NCBI GenBank assembly: GCA_964016885.1
Contig: OZ024741.1
Span: 81,778,001 to 81,842,000, forward strand
Origin: Eledone cirrhosa
Lineage: Eukaryota
DNA: 64,000 bases
Direction of reading: 5' to 3'
How positions within the stretch are numbered: position 1 is the stretch's first letter; every line of letters starts with the position of its first letter. Both the position numbers and the translations under genes were made by a program. A model generated the notes under the pieces. The model was not told the origin of the DNA. It saw only the letters and a program-made list of their open reading frames with translations, and did not search any database. This document shows positions 41,951 to 55,487 of the stretch, one piece after another.

Positions 41951-42027
<77 letters not shown>

Positions 42028-43635
42028 TTTGTATGTTAATGTACGCGTGTGTATGTGTGTGTGTATATATATGTGTGTGTATATATATATGTGTGTGTGT
42101 GTGTGTGGGTGGACCAGTATTTTTGTGATACTGGTAAAAATGATGTACATTATTCGATTATTTCAGTAAAAACGATTCTCTCAATAGAACATCAAAAACC
42201 TTAATAATAAAAGGTGTGAAATGATATAGAGTATTGGCATAATACCAAGGTGTGTGTGAGTGTCCAGATTGTACCTACTGCAAGGGGAATCCATTAGGCC
42301 TTGCCGTATTGGAATACTTGTGTACAAATATGTATGTGCCCATCAGTGTGCAATGCATGTGTGTGTTTATGTATGTGTGTGTGTCGGCACTTTTATATCT
42401 ATAGACATCAAAAGGTATGCAAATTTGTGTATATTTGTGTTGTACCATAGAACATGTGTGTTTACGTATGTCATTATGTTTATATGTGAATAGAGATGTA
42501 TGCTGATGTAGGTATGTATGTTGACGTGTGTATGTTGGGGGTTTGTCTTAGGGAGAAGTGTTTAGACGGGGTCCGTATTTGTTAATAAAGTGAGATTCCT
42601 TGCTGATGCGCTGGGTATGGGTGGCATTATCTTTAAATTTGTAAAGGGGGAAAGATTCTGAAGTTGGGATGATTTTGGGCGGCACAGGTATGAATGTGTT
42701 CACTCAGTGGTATTTTCCTGTATTCCCGTATTTTAATTTGGGATCTATGGACAGTCATGCGTTGGCGGAGGCTGTTTTTATTCTGGCCTATGTATTGGTC
42801 TCGACAACCTGAGAAAGTTAATACATATATTAGATTTTCTGATTCGCATGTGAAATTGTGTTTTACTATAAAACGTTGTCCTTCTTTGAAATATAATTCC
42901 GAACCCTCTATTAGGTTGATGCATATGCCACAGTTGGGTCTATCGCATTTTTTTTACTGTGGGTTTTGTTGTTGTGGTTGGCAGTAATTTGGCATGTGTT
43001 AGGATGTTTTTCATTGACTTAGATTGTCTTTTGCTCTTTATGATATCATGTGTTCGTAGGATTTGGTTCATTCTATGGTCCTTTTTCAACACAGGGATGT
43101 TCTGGAGGATGGTATCAAAGGCCTCATTGTTGAGGGGGTTGTGTGTGGAGATGTATGGAAGAGCTTTTAGCTTCGGTTGATTTACTTTAGGGTGTCTAAG
43201 GTCCTGGGTACTGAGTTTTAGGGCACATTGGATTCCATTGTCAATTAGTGATGCAGGGTGGTCCCTGCCTATGAGTGTGTCCTTTAGTTCTTGTAGCCGT
43301 AAGTAGCAGGTGTTTTTATTGGAGACTATAGTACAGATTCTCTTGGCTAAGTTGTAGGGAATATTAATTTTAACGTGTCTAGGGTGGCATCGAATAATGT
43401 ACACCATTTTTACCAGTATCACAAAAATACTGTTCCACCCCCACACACACACGCATTCTCACACACACACACATACACACGCGTACATTAACATACAAAG
43501 AGACATATATACACACACACACACTTCTCCGTATAAGACAAGAGCTGAAAAATATCTTTTAATATGTTAAAATATCCCCACACACGTACAGACACATTCC
43601 TACTGACCATCCCTCTACCACGAATTACTCTGCTA

Positions 43636-43725
<90 letters not shown>

Positions 43726-44240
43726 TCTTAATAGGCATTTGAACTGTCAACAGGCTGCGGTTCCCACACACATCCCTGCTGACCATTATCACAACAACGA
43801 ACCTCTTTACTACTACTACACACACACACACACACATTTGTTTTGAAAGACTTATTTTTCAGTGACTTCTCAATCAGCCGACACAAACCTACATTTGGCG
43901 CAAAATCAATTTTTAACATTCACATGACCTCTACCGACCAATCAAAATTGTTTTGACCACAAGAATTTTTGCAACATGAATTGGCGCGAAAATTATTTTA
44001 ATACATCTGGAGCCACTTTTTTCACATAAAACAGGTAGAATTTCCAAAATTAATCAGATTGGAGCAAACATCACGGGCGCTCTATCTCAAAATTATTTTT
44101 GAAAAGCATTAGAAATGCGCAACCGGTAAAACTTTAAAACCCAAACTGAATATTAACCAATACTATTACTAAATTTAACTTATTCCTAATTAAACTATTT
44201 TTCACTGGGAACAATTTGTCAGTATTTTCTTTTCCGTTTA

Positions 44241-44247
<7 letters not shown>
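41306..44247 (-). mobile_element. 5'-truncated Penelope-like element with inverted copy of its 3' end (arms 41306-42158 and 43389-44247)
   Basis: ~850-bp inverted repeat enclosing a PLE ORF 3' end; (TA)n on both flanks. Confidence 0.92.
42548..43390 (-). pseudogene. Penelope-like RT C-terminus/linker plus GIY-YIG endonuclease, frameshifted
   Basis: CHPRHVKINIPYNLAKRICTIVS...; after a frameshift in the T8 run (42948-42955) KCDRPNCGIC...FTCESENLIYVLTFSGCRDQYIGQ..LRQRMTVHRSQI..PLSEHIHTC; second frameshift at ~42646-42650, then ...KESHFINKYGPRLNTSP*. Confidence 0.93.
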
Positions 44248-44313
<66 letters not shown>

Positions 44314-44354
44314 GTAAGTTTTTCGAATATTAATAATAATATTCGATTCGTTTG

Positions 44355-44530
44355 CAGCTATGCAAACAGCCTCTTTTTAAGCTATGTCAGTAGATTGAAC
44401 TCGTCATTCTGAGTTCAAATCCCGCCGAGATTAACTTTGCCTTTCATCCTTACAGGGTCGATAAAATAAAGTACCAGTAATGTACTGGTTAATTGATGGC
44501 CTTGTGCCAAATGTAGAAACAATTATTAAT
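44355..44530 (+). mobile_element. SINE family A (5' end altered)
   Basis: GAGTTCAAATCCCGCCGAGATTAACTTTGCCTTTCATCCTTACAGGGTCGATAAAATAAAGTACCAG..AGAAACAATTATT. Confidence 0.88.
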
Positions 44531-44720
44531 AATTGTTTCTACGTTTGGCACAAGGCCAGCAATTACCCAGTGCATTACTGGTACTTTATTTTATCGACCC
44601 CGTAAGGATGAAAGGCAAAGTTAACCTCGGCGGAATTTGAACTCAGGATGGCAAGGGTCGTAACTCTATACGTCAAATATGGCGTCCGACCCTCTACCAA
44701 TACTGCCAATCCACCGCCCT
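44525..44720 (-). mobile_element. SINE family A, full length
   Basis: Reverse complement from GGGCGGTGGATTGGCAGTATTGG to AGAAACAATTATT; tail-to-tail with the previous copy. Confidence 0.92.
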
Positions 44721-44754
44721 TCAAACAATTATTAATAATAATTATTAATAATAT

Positions 44755-44948
44755 TGGATTGGCAGTATCGGTAGAGAATCGGACGCCATGCTTTGCAGCA
44801 AAGAGTTACGGCTCTTTATGATCTAAGTTCAAATCCCGCCGAGGTTAACTTTTCCTCTCATTCTTACGGGGTCGATAAAATAAAGTACCAGTAATACACT
44901 GGTATAATTGGTGGCCTTGTGCCAAAAGTAGAAACAATTATTAATAAT
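44755..44948 (+). mobile_element. SINE family A
   Basis: GGATTGGCAGTATCGGTAGAG..AGTTCAAATCCCGCCGAGG..AGAAACAATTATTAAT. Confidence 0.92.
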
Positions 44949-45379
44949 ATTATTATTAATATTCGAAAAACTCAGATTACATTTTAGAGCGATTAAATAT
45001 TTATTATGTATATATACATATATATATACCTTTGCACTGCTAATGGTATTTGGGATTTGTTGTCACTGTTGTTTTTGTCTGAAGGTAGATACATTGGTAA
45101 ATATAGATAAATAAATAACTACAAATTGACTGTTAGTCACACAGACAGGTTGATAGATAGCAAGTGGGTGGATAGATATATAGATACTTAGGTAGATAGA
45201 TGGTGAGATTAACAGATACATAGACATATAGGTAGGCAAAGAGGTAGAGATAGATAGATTATATAGATAGACATATAGACAGTTAAGTAGATAGATAGAT
45301 GATGTGTCTATTATTCGAAAATTGCTAGCTACAGATATAGGTAGCAATAGATAGTTCTCTTTTAAATACTGACCACTTT

Positions 45380-45862
45380 CACTTTCACTTCAGCTGAGCT
45401 TCCACTCGTATCAAATCGGTTCGTCGTGCCCAATCTTATCTGTCCATCATTGCAGGTCTCAGTTCATCTACATTAGCGAAGCCAGTGTTGTCCAGCAGGA
45501 TATCAATATATATTATTTCCCTACAAACGATGCTTCATCGTCTTAATGGTGGTTTTTACTGTACCAGCCCTGATGCATGTTCTTCAGAGTGTCTTACATA
45601 GTGTCCTGATAACTTCAGCTTCTTGATGCCTACCTTGGGTGACACAAGTGATAGATAACTATATAGCTGTTCATTTGTCATTCTATCGCACCATATTACA
45701 TTCAATAACATGTGCAGCATTCTGCTTCAGCAACCGCCCTGATTTTTTTCCATTGTCTTGTCTATCGTCCATGTTTCACTTCCGTAGAACAGAATAGACT
45801 CCGCAAACAGACATAATTTCATGGTTCTTTTCAGGCTGGATTTCCATATTTTATTCATTTTG
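45380..45862 (-). mobile_element. Degraded 3' end of an RTE/RTEX-type LINE
   Basis: Minus-strand translation KMNKIWKSSL, ESILFYGSETWTIDK, RMLHMLLNVIW..MTNEQLY, LKLSGHYVRH, with stops. Confidence 0.75.
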
Positions 45863-46089
45863 TGACATGCTGTTCATGCCTATGCCTTCCCTATTTCAAA
45901 GTCTTTTTCAGTGTTTTTCATGCAACCACACATATATCTAAAGCTTTTAACAGAGTTGATTATAAAGCCATTTCTTGCCTTAATAATTGTTGTGAGAGGT
46001 ACGGTGGATGTTGTCCAGTTATCATATTCCTATCAATTCTAGCACAAAGTGGTTTTCACAGGATTCTTGCGTTTTCTCATAAAGGTATG

Positions 46090-46138
<49 letters not shown>

Positions 46139-46143
46139 ACACA

Positions 46144-46202
<59 letters not shown>

Positions 46203-46536
46203 GTATGTATGTATGTCTATATGTATGTATGTATGTATGTATATGTATGTATGTACCGGGAACTCCGAACCAGCAACACGCATTATGTAACGGTGAGATT
46301 TTGCACCCTAGCCTCGCCAGCTTTCCGGCGCAATGGCACATTCCCTTTTGTAACCTCTTTTTATATGTAACTTCAACCATATAAGTTTACATCGCACTGT
46401 CCCCCGCCACCACAATAACTTCTACACTCTCTCCCCACCATCACATGTCATTACCCTATCTAGACTAAAGTCATCGACCAGTTGTCAAACTCTCTACTCT
46501 CTGTTGAATGTGTATATATATATATGTATGTATATG

Positions 46537-46738
46537 TGTGTATATACATCACTCAGTCAAACGACCAGATTTCAACCCCAACATCTACAACAACAACACC
46601 GGCACTAATGTTTACAGCAACAACAGCTTCAGAATGAACTGAAATGAACATTTACAACAACAGCGGCATCAAAAATAAAAAATAAAATAAAAAGAAGGGG
46701 AAAAAAAAAAAACTCAAAATAACAAAACACACACACAC
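46537..46738 (+). repeat. Left copy of a ~200-bp direct repeat flanking RTE copy 1
   Basis: CATCACTCAGTCAAAC..AGATTTCAACCCCAACATCTAC..AACTCAAAATAACAAAACACAC recurs at 50601-50880. Confidence 0.92.
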
Positions 46739-46777
46739 TATAATGAGTTATTATTTATTTATTTATTTTTTTTTTTT

Positions 46778-49700
46778 GCGCGGAGACAGAAATAATCGGG
46801 CTGGATGCCCGATCGCGCAGTTAAACAACTGGGAGTGAAGAACCCCTAGCCCTTGTCAGGGCATTCTTCTAGGAGAAGGCATCTCAGGAAACTGGGTTAA
46901 CTCCGACATAAAACCTGCGGCTCAGTAGTTACCGATGATGTTGATCTTTTCTTCTTTTCGGGTTATAGCTACTGTCGCTCAGAGAGTGGGATTGGCTTAG
47001 TGCACAGTCTTTCCTCACTTTCAAAATATTCGTCACGCACAGGCATTGCACGAGTGCATTAATAATTATTAATAGTGTACTATTATTATTATTATTATTA
47101 TTATTACTCTTTTTTTTTCTCCAATTCAATGATGTTCCAGAACAATATAAAAGAGATAATTGGCAATTTATGTTCTGAAACAAAAAAGATCATTGGCAAT
47201 AAGGGCAGGGGCCCCAGGTTATCACAGCCTGGGCCAGCTCGTCATCGTGCTATTGTAATAGAGCCAAACAAGGCATTTAGTCTTGGCTGCTGGAACGTAC
47301 GGACGCTGCTTGACTGGGATTCCTTGGGGCGTCCTGAACGAAGGACCGCTCTTGTTGCAAAGGAGCTTCGACGTTACGATCTTGACATCGTGGCTTTATC
47401 TGAGACGAGGCTAGCTGGAGATGGTCATCTTACGGAATTTTGTGGAGAATATACATTCTTCTGGAAAGGATGAGATGAAGGAACCAGAAGAGAGGTTGGG
47501 GTGGGATTTGCTGTTAAGACTGTGCTTGTGAACAAATTAGAAGAATTCCCAGTAGGGATTAGTGAGCGTCTTATGTCCATGAGAGTTCCGCTGGACAAGG
47601 GAAGATATGCTACCCTGGTGAGTGTGTATGCTCCAACTATGAGTTCTGTCGATGAGGAAAAGGTGTCCTTTTACCATGCCTTGAAAGGTGTTTTAAGAAA
47701 TATCCCTCAGGCAGACAAAGTCATCGTGCTTGGTGACTTTAATGCTAGAGTGGGTAGGGATTTTAACACATGGAATGTAATCGGAAGGCATGGGGTGGTA
47801 AAGTGTAACAGCAATGGTATGCTCCTGCTGCAGATGTGTGAGGAGCTGGATCTGTGTGTTACCAACACCATGTTCCAACAAAAGAACAAATTAAAGACCA
47901 CATGGATGCATCCTGCATCTAAGGAATGGCATCTTTTGGACTACGTCCTAGTCAGGATGCGTGACAGACAGGATGTGCAGTGTGTTCGTGTTCTTCGTGG
48001 AGCTGAATGCTGGACGGACCACCGCCTGGTACGCGCAAAAGTGAAATTAATCACTAAACGTAAAATCCGGGCTCCTGGTGTTGCCCTGCCCAAAAGATTG
48101 AATGCTGCTCGTCTTAAGGATAAAAATGTGAAGAGGACATTGGAAGAAGAGATGCAGGCTGCAGATCTTGGTGAGGATTGGCCGACCCTTAAAAAGTCGG
48201 TTTATGATGTAGGCAGGCGTATTCTGGGATTGGCGCAGAGGAAACATCAGGACTGGTTTGATGAGAATGATGTACATATAGAAGACTTGTTGGCTGATAA
48301 GAGGCGTGCTCTGTCACGCTACTTGACGGCAAAACCACAGGAGAGGAATACGTTGCATGAGGAACTCAGGGATGTAAAATCACGTGTTAGGCGGAGCCTT
48401 TCTCAGATGAAGGATCAGTGAGAAGGCTGGTGAGATACAAACTGCGTCTGATTCCAATAACACAAAGCTGTTGTACAGTCTCTTGCGTGAGGTTTATGGA
48501 CCGTCTTCTTCTCTGGTGACACCGCTTCGCAGCAAGGATGGTAAAGAACTTCTTCGTGACTCACAAGGAATTCTACGAAGGTGGCGAGAGTACTTTGATG
48601 ATCTTTTGAATCAGCCGTCTGTCGTCAGTGAAGATTTCCTCAATCTCATTCCAGAAAGTCCTGTGAAAGTAGCTCTCGCAGAACCTCCGACGCTTGTGGA
48701 GGTTGCAGTGGCTATTTCGAAGCTGAACAGTGGAATATCTCCAGGTATGGATGGCATACATGTTGAGCTCCTACAATATGGTGGTGAGAGACTCCTGCAA
48801 CATCTTCACTCTTTGTTTGGCAGGATATGGGCTAATGAATCCGTACCTGAGGACTGGAGAGATGCAGTAATGGTGGTCTTGTACAAGGGAAAGGGTAGCA
48901 GGAACGATTGTGGGAACTACAGAGGTATATCATTGCTTTCTGTCGTAGGGAAAGTTTTATGTAGGGTGCTTCTGGACCGTCTGCTGACACACATTGCAGA
49001 TTGTGTTCTTCCTGAAAGTCAATCTGGTTTTCGTACTGGACGCGGCACTACTGATATGATCTTCTCAGCTAGACAGCTCCAGGAGAAGTGCATGGAACAA
49101 GTCTTGGATCTGTATCAGGTTTTTGTCGATCTGACAACAGCTTTCGATACTGCCATATACTTTGCAATGGTTTTCTGTATTGCATTCAGGAATTGCGAGC
49201 ATGGTGTTTACATCCGATATCGAACCTCAGGCAGCATATTTAACATCAGGCGCTTTGCTGCGAAGACAAAAGTATTTACATCAATCATAAGAGACCTCTT
49301 GTATGCAGATGATTGCGATCTTGTAGCGCACACAGAGAGTGATATGCAGCACATTTTGAATGCATTTTCTGGCGCTTGCACTGCCCTAGGTCTGACTGTC
49401 AGTCTCAAGAAAACCGTCGTCATGTACCAACCTGCCCCTGGTAGGCAGTACACTGAACGAAACATATATGTGTATGGCAAACGACTTGGAGTGGTTGATC
49501 AGTTTGTCTACCTGGGAAGCACTGTCAATCGATACGGCAACCTTGACAGTGAAATCTCACTTAGGATTAGGAAAGCGACTCTGGGGTCGGCGAGACATAT
49601 GCAGGAGGACAAAGGTAAAGGTGTACAGGGCATGCGTGCTCTCTTGTCTTCTTTATGCCTGCGAGACCTGGGTCACATATCGACACCACCTTAAGCAATT

Positions 49701-50600
49701 GGAGCGTTTCCATCAGATGTGTCTCAGACGGATCCATGGTGTTCACTGGAGGGACCACATCAGTGATGTCGAGATTTTGGAAAGCTCTATGTGTGACAGT
49801 ATAGAAGCTCTTGTGCTTAAGCAACGACTCCGTTGGAGTGGTCACCTTGCCAGGATGAAGGATTCTAGAATACCAAAACAAATCTTTTATGGAGAGTGGG
49901 TTAAAGGAAAACGACCGCCACATAAACCAAAAAAGAGGTATAAGGATTCCTTGAAAGCCTCTCTGAAAGACGCTAACATCTCTGCTGATACATGGGAGAA
50001 TATTGCTGCTGATCGTAATAAATGGAGAAAGACTGTATATGAGGGAAAAGTTGCCTTTGAGGCATCTCGAATCGCATACGAGAAAGTAAAGCGGGATGTG
50101 AGGAAGGGCATTGCTGTTGCACTTCCAGACGGCGAGGGTCCTCCTATGGTGCTGACATGCAGCGTATGTGCGAGACTCTGCCTAAGCAAAGCTGGACTCG
50201 AAAGTCATCTTCGCAGTCATAAAGTAAGACCAGTGGTTGACTACCAGGCTGCTATTGGAGATGCTACTCATCATGCTTGCCAAACATGTGGTAGAGAATG
50301 TAAATCAGCAGGAGGGCTCAAGCGACATGCAAAAGTACACGAACTCCAACCACAGCCGACTATTCCCAGGGAATGTTTTGGTTGCCGACTCTGTGCAAGA
50401 CATTTTAGATCATTGGCTGGGCTAAAAAGCCACATTCGATCGCAGCGCTGTTAGTTGCTATCGTGTGTGTGTGTGTGTGTAGATATGCTTTTGTGTGTGC
50501 GTGTGTGTGTATATATATATGTATATGTATATTATTATTGTTGTTGTCGTTATTATTATTGTTGTTATTATATGTATGTATGTATGTATGTATGTAAGTA
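46778..50600 (+). mobile_element. RTE-clade LINE copy 1, nearly full length, inactivated
   Basis: Colinear with copy 2. ORF 47129-50454 is broken by TGA at 47471, an 8-bp deletion at ~48420, a 183-bp in-frame RT deletion at ~49152 and a 29-bp deletion at ~49577; the 3' stem-loop tail is missing. Confidence 0.96.
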
Positions 50601-50880
50601 TGTGTATATACATCACTCAGTCAAACAACCAGATTTCAACCCCAACATCTACAACAACAACACCGGCCCTAATGTTTACAGCAACAACAGCTTCAGAATG
50701 AACTGAAATGAACATTTACAACAATTACAACAACAACAACAACAGCGGCATCAAAACATAAAAAAAGGAAGGGAAAAGAAAAAAGAAAAGGGAAGGGGAA
50801 AAAAAAAAAAAAAGGAGAAAAAAAAGAAAGGAAAAAAAAAAAAAAACTCAAAATAACAAAACACACACACACACACACAC
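50601..50880 (+). repeat. Right copy of the direct repeat, with expanded simple repeats
   Basis: Matches 46537-46738 apart from longer (CAA)n and A-rich tracts. Confidence 0.92.
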
Positions 50881-51326
50881 ACTCAACAGAACAACAACAT
50901 CAACTGCCACCACCACCACCACCGCCACCGCCGTCGCCATCACCATCACCAGCGACCTGGCCTTAAGAACAACTTTAATAATAATTTTTCTGCGTTTGGC
51001 ACGGATCCAGCGACTGGCCAGCGCATCACTGGTACTCTCTTTTGTTGACTCCGTGGAGAGCCATTACTCTATGCTGTAAAGCAATTATAGTAATACTGGA
51101 CTGTAATACGATCGGCTTCAACTATACAAACTCTTGAAAGTCAACAGTTGACATAATCTGGTAATCTTGTATCAGTAATGACGGTAATATATATATATAT
51201 ATGTGTGTGTGTGCGTGTAAGTGAGTAGAGTAGCGTGTGTGTGTGTTTGTTGTGTGTGTGAGTGTTGCTGTGTGCACGCATATGTATGCGTGTGTGTGTA
51301 TGTCGTACGTATAAGTGTCAATAAGT

Positions 51327-51362
<36 letters not shown>

Positions 51363-51364
<2 letters not shown>

Positions 51365-51665
51365 GCGGGGACATAGAAATAATCGGGCTGGATGCCCGAT
51401 CGCGCAGTTAAACCACTGGGAGTGAAGAACCCCTAGCCCATGTCAGGGTATTCTTCTAGGAGAAGGCATCTCAGGAAACTGGGTTAACTCCGATATAAAA
51501 CCTGCGGCTCAGTAGTTACCGATGATGTTGATCTTTTCTTCTTTTCGGGTTATAGCTACTGTCGCTCAGAGAGTGGGATTGGTTCAGTGCACAGTCTTTC
51601 CTCACTTTAAAAATATTCGTCACGCACAGGCATTGCACGAGTGCATTAATAATTATTAATAGTGT

Positions 51666-51700
<35 letters not shown>

Positions 51701-51705
51701 TATTA

Positions 51706-51741
<36 letters not shown>

Positions 51742-54700
51742 CCCAATTCAATGATGTTCCAGAACAATGTAAACGAGATAATTGCCAATTTGGGTTCTGG
51801 AACAAAAAAGATCATTGGCAATAAGGGCAGGGGCCCCAAGTTATCACAACCTGGGCCCGCCCGTCATCGTGCCATTGTAATAGAGCCAAACAGGGCATTT
51901 AGTCTTGGCTGCTGGAACGTACGGACGCTGCTTGACGGGGATTCTTTGGAGCGTCCTGAACGAAGGACCGCTCTTGTTGCGAAGGAGCTTCGACGTTACG
52001 ATCTTGACATCGTGGCTTTGTCTGAGACGAGGTTAGCTGGAGATGGTCATCTTACGGAATTTTGTGGAGAATATACATTCTTCTGGAAAGGAAGAGATGA
52101 AGGAACCAGAAGAGAGGCTGGGGTAGGATTTGCTGTTAAGACTGTACTGGTGAATAAATTGGAAGAATTCCCAGTGGGGATTAGTGAGCGTCTTATGTCC
52201 ATGAGAGTTCCGCTGGACAAGGGAAGATATGCTACCCTGGTGAGTGTGTATGCTCCAACTATGAATTCTGTCGATGAAGAAAAACTGTCCTTTTACCATG
52301 CCTTGAAAGGTGTTTTAAGAAATATCCCTCAGGCAGACAAAGTCATCGTGCTTGGTGACTTTAATGCTAGAGTGGGTAGGGATTTTAACACATGGAATGT
52401 AATCGGAAGGCATGGGGTGGGAAAGTGTAACAGCAATGGTATGCTCTTGCTGCAGATGTGTGAGGAGCTGGATCTGTGTGTTACCAACACCATGTTCCAA
52501 CAAAAGAACAAATTCAAGACCACATGGATGCATCCTGCATCTAAGGAATGGCATCTTTTGGACTACGTCCTAGTCAGGATGCGTGACAGACAGGATGTGC
52601 GGTGTGTTCGTGTTCTTCGTGGAGCTGAGTGCTGGACGGACCACCGCCTGGTACGCGCAAAAGTGAATCTAATCACCAAACGTAAAATCCGGGCTCCTGG
52701 TGTTACCCTGCCCAAAAGATTGAATGCTGCTCGTCTTAAGGATAAAAATGTGAAGAGGACATTGGAAGAAGAGATGCAGGCTGCAGATCTTGGTGAGGAT
52801 TGGCCGACCCTTAAAAAGTCGGTTTATGATGTAGGCAGACGTGTTCTGGGATTGGTGCAGAGAAAACATCAGGACTGGTTTGATGAGAAAGATGTGCATA
52901 TAGATGACTTGTTGGCTGATAAGAGGCGCGCTCTGTCACGCTACTTGACGGCAAGACCACAGGAGAGGAATACGTTGCATGAGGAGCTCAGGGATGTAAA
53001 ATCACGTGTTAGGCGGAGTCTTTCTCAGATGAAGGATCAGTGGTGGAGTGAGAAGGCTGGTGAGATACAAACTGCGTCTGATTGCAATAACACAAAGCTG
53101 TTGTACAGTCTCTTGCGTGAGGTTTATGGACCGTCTTCTTCTCTGGTGACACCGATTCGCAGCAGGGATGGCAAAGAACTTCTTCGTGACTCACAGGGAA
53201 TTCTACGAAGGTGGCGGGAGCACTTTGATGATCTTTTGAATCAGCCGTCTGTCGTCAGTGAAGATTTCCTCAATCTCATTCCGGAAAGTCCTGTGAAAGT
53301 AGCTCTCGCAGAGCCTCCGACACTTGTGGAGGTTGCAGTGGCTATTTCGAAGCTGAACAGTGGAAGATCTCCAGGTATGGATGGCATACATGCTGAGCTC
53401 CTACAATATGGTGGTGAGAGACTCCTGCAACATCTTCACTCTCTGTTTGGAAGGATATGGGCTAATGAATCCGTGCCTGAGGACTGGAGAGATGCAGTAA
53501 TGGTGGTCTTGTACAAGGGAAAGGGTAACAGGAATGATTGTGGGAACTACAGAGGTATATCATTGCTTTCTGTCGTGGGGAAAGTTTTATGTAGGGTGCT
53601 TCTGGACCGTCTGCTGACACACATTGCAGATTGTGTCCTTCCTGAAAGTCAATCTGGTTTTCGTGTTGGACGCGGCACTACTGATATGATCTTCTCAGCT
53701 AGACAGCTCCAGGAGAAGTGCATTGAACAGGGCTTGGATCTGTATCAGGTTTTTGTCGATCTGACAAAGGCTTTCGATACTGTCAACAGAGATGCATTAT
53801 GGAAGGTTCTCCAGAAACTTGGTTGCCCTGATAAGTTCCTTGCTTTAGTTAGGTCTTTCCATGACGACATGAAGGCTTGGGTTAATGTCGGAGGTAACAT
53901 GTCGGAGCCTATCTCAGTAAAAAATGGAGTGAAACAGGGGGATATTCCAGCACCGACCCTGTTTGCCATATACTTTGCAATGGTTTTCTGTATTGCATTC
54001 AGGAATTGCGAGCATGGTGTTTACATCCGATATCGAACCTCAGGCAGCATATTTAACATCAGGCGCTTTGCTGCGAAGACAAAAGTATTTACATCAGTCA
54101 TAAGAGACCTCTTGTATGCAGATGATTGCGATCTTGTAGCGCACACAGAGAGTGATATGCAGCACATTTTGAATGTATTTTCTGACGCTTGCACTGCCCT
54201 GGGTTTGACTGTCAGTCTCAAGAAAACCGTCGTCATGTACCAACCTGCACCTGGTAGGCAGTACACTGAACCAAACATCTATGTGTATGGCAAACGACTT
54301 GGAGTGGTTGATCAGTTTGTCTACCTGGGAAGCACTGTCAATCGATACGGCAACCTTGACAGTGAAATCTCACTTAGGATTAGGAAAGCAAGTGATGCTT
54401 TCGGAAAGCTAGAAAGGCGACTCTGGGGTCGGCGAGACATATGCAGGAGGACAAAGGTAAGGGTGTACAGGGCATGTGTACTCTCTTGTCTTCTTTATGC
54501 CTGCGAGACCTGGGTCACATATCGACGCCACCTTAAGCAATTGGAGCGTTTCCATCAGATGTGTCTCAGACGGATACATGGCGTTCGCTGGAGGGACCAC
54601 ATCAGTGATGTCGAGATTTTGGAAAGCTCTATGTGTGACAGTATAGAAGCTCTTGTGCTTAAGCAGCGACTCCGTTGGAGTGGTCACCTTGCCAGGATGA

Positions 54701-55309
54701 AGGATTCTAGAATACCAAAACAACTCTTCTATGGAGAGTTGGTTAAAGGAAAACGACCGCCACATAAACCAAAAAAGAGGTATAAGGATTCCTTGAAGGC
54801 CTCTCTGAAAGACGCTAACATAACATCTCTGCTGATACATGGGAAAATATTGCTGCTGATCGTAATAAATGGAGAAAGACTGTATATGAGGGAAAAGTTG
54901 CCTTTGAGGCATCTCGAATCGCACACGAGAAAGTAAAGCGGGACGTGAGGAAGGGTATTGCTGTTGCACTTCCAGACGGCGAGGGTCCTCCTATGTTTCT
55001 GACATGCAGCGTCTGTGCGAGACTCTGCCTAAGCAAAGCTGGACTCGAAAGTCATCTTCGCAGTCATAAAGTAAGACCAGTGGTTGACTACCAGGCTGCT
55101 GTTGGAGATGCTACTCATCATGCTTGCCAAACATGTGGTAGAGAATGTAAATCAGCAGGAGGACTCAAGCGACATGCAAAAGTACACGAACTCCAACCAC
55201 AGCCGACTATTCCCAGTAAATGTTTTGGTTGCCGACTCTGTGCAAGACATTTTGGATCATTGGCTGGGCTAAAAAGCCACATTCGATCGCAGCACTGTTA
55301 GTTGCTATC

Positions 55310-55347
<38 letters not shown>

Positions 55348-55426
55348 GCTTATGTGCGTGCGTGTGTGTGTATATATATATGAATATGTATATTATTATT
55401 GTTGTTGTCGTTATTATTATTATTGC

Positions 55427-55487
<61 letters not shown>

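Noticed and set aside
45930-45975. ISKAFNRVDYKAI, resembling an RT motif
   Set aside because: Too short to support a LINE call without flanking homology.
52033-54969. Antisense and alternative-frame ORFs inside the RTE and Tx1 elements
   Set aside because: Shadows of the main reading frame with no independent motifs.
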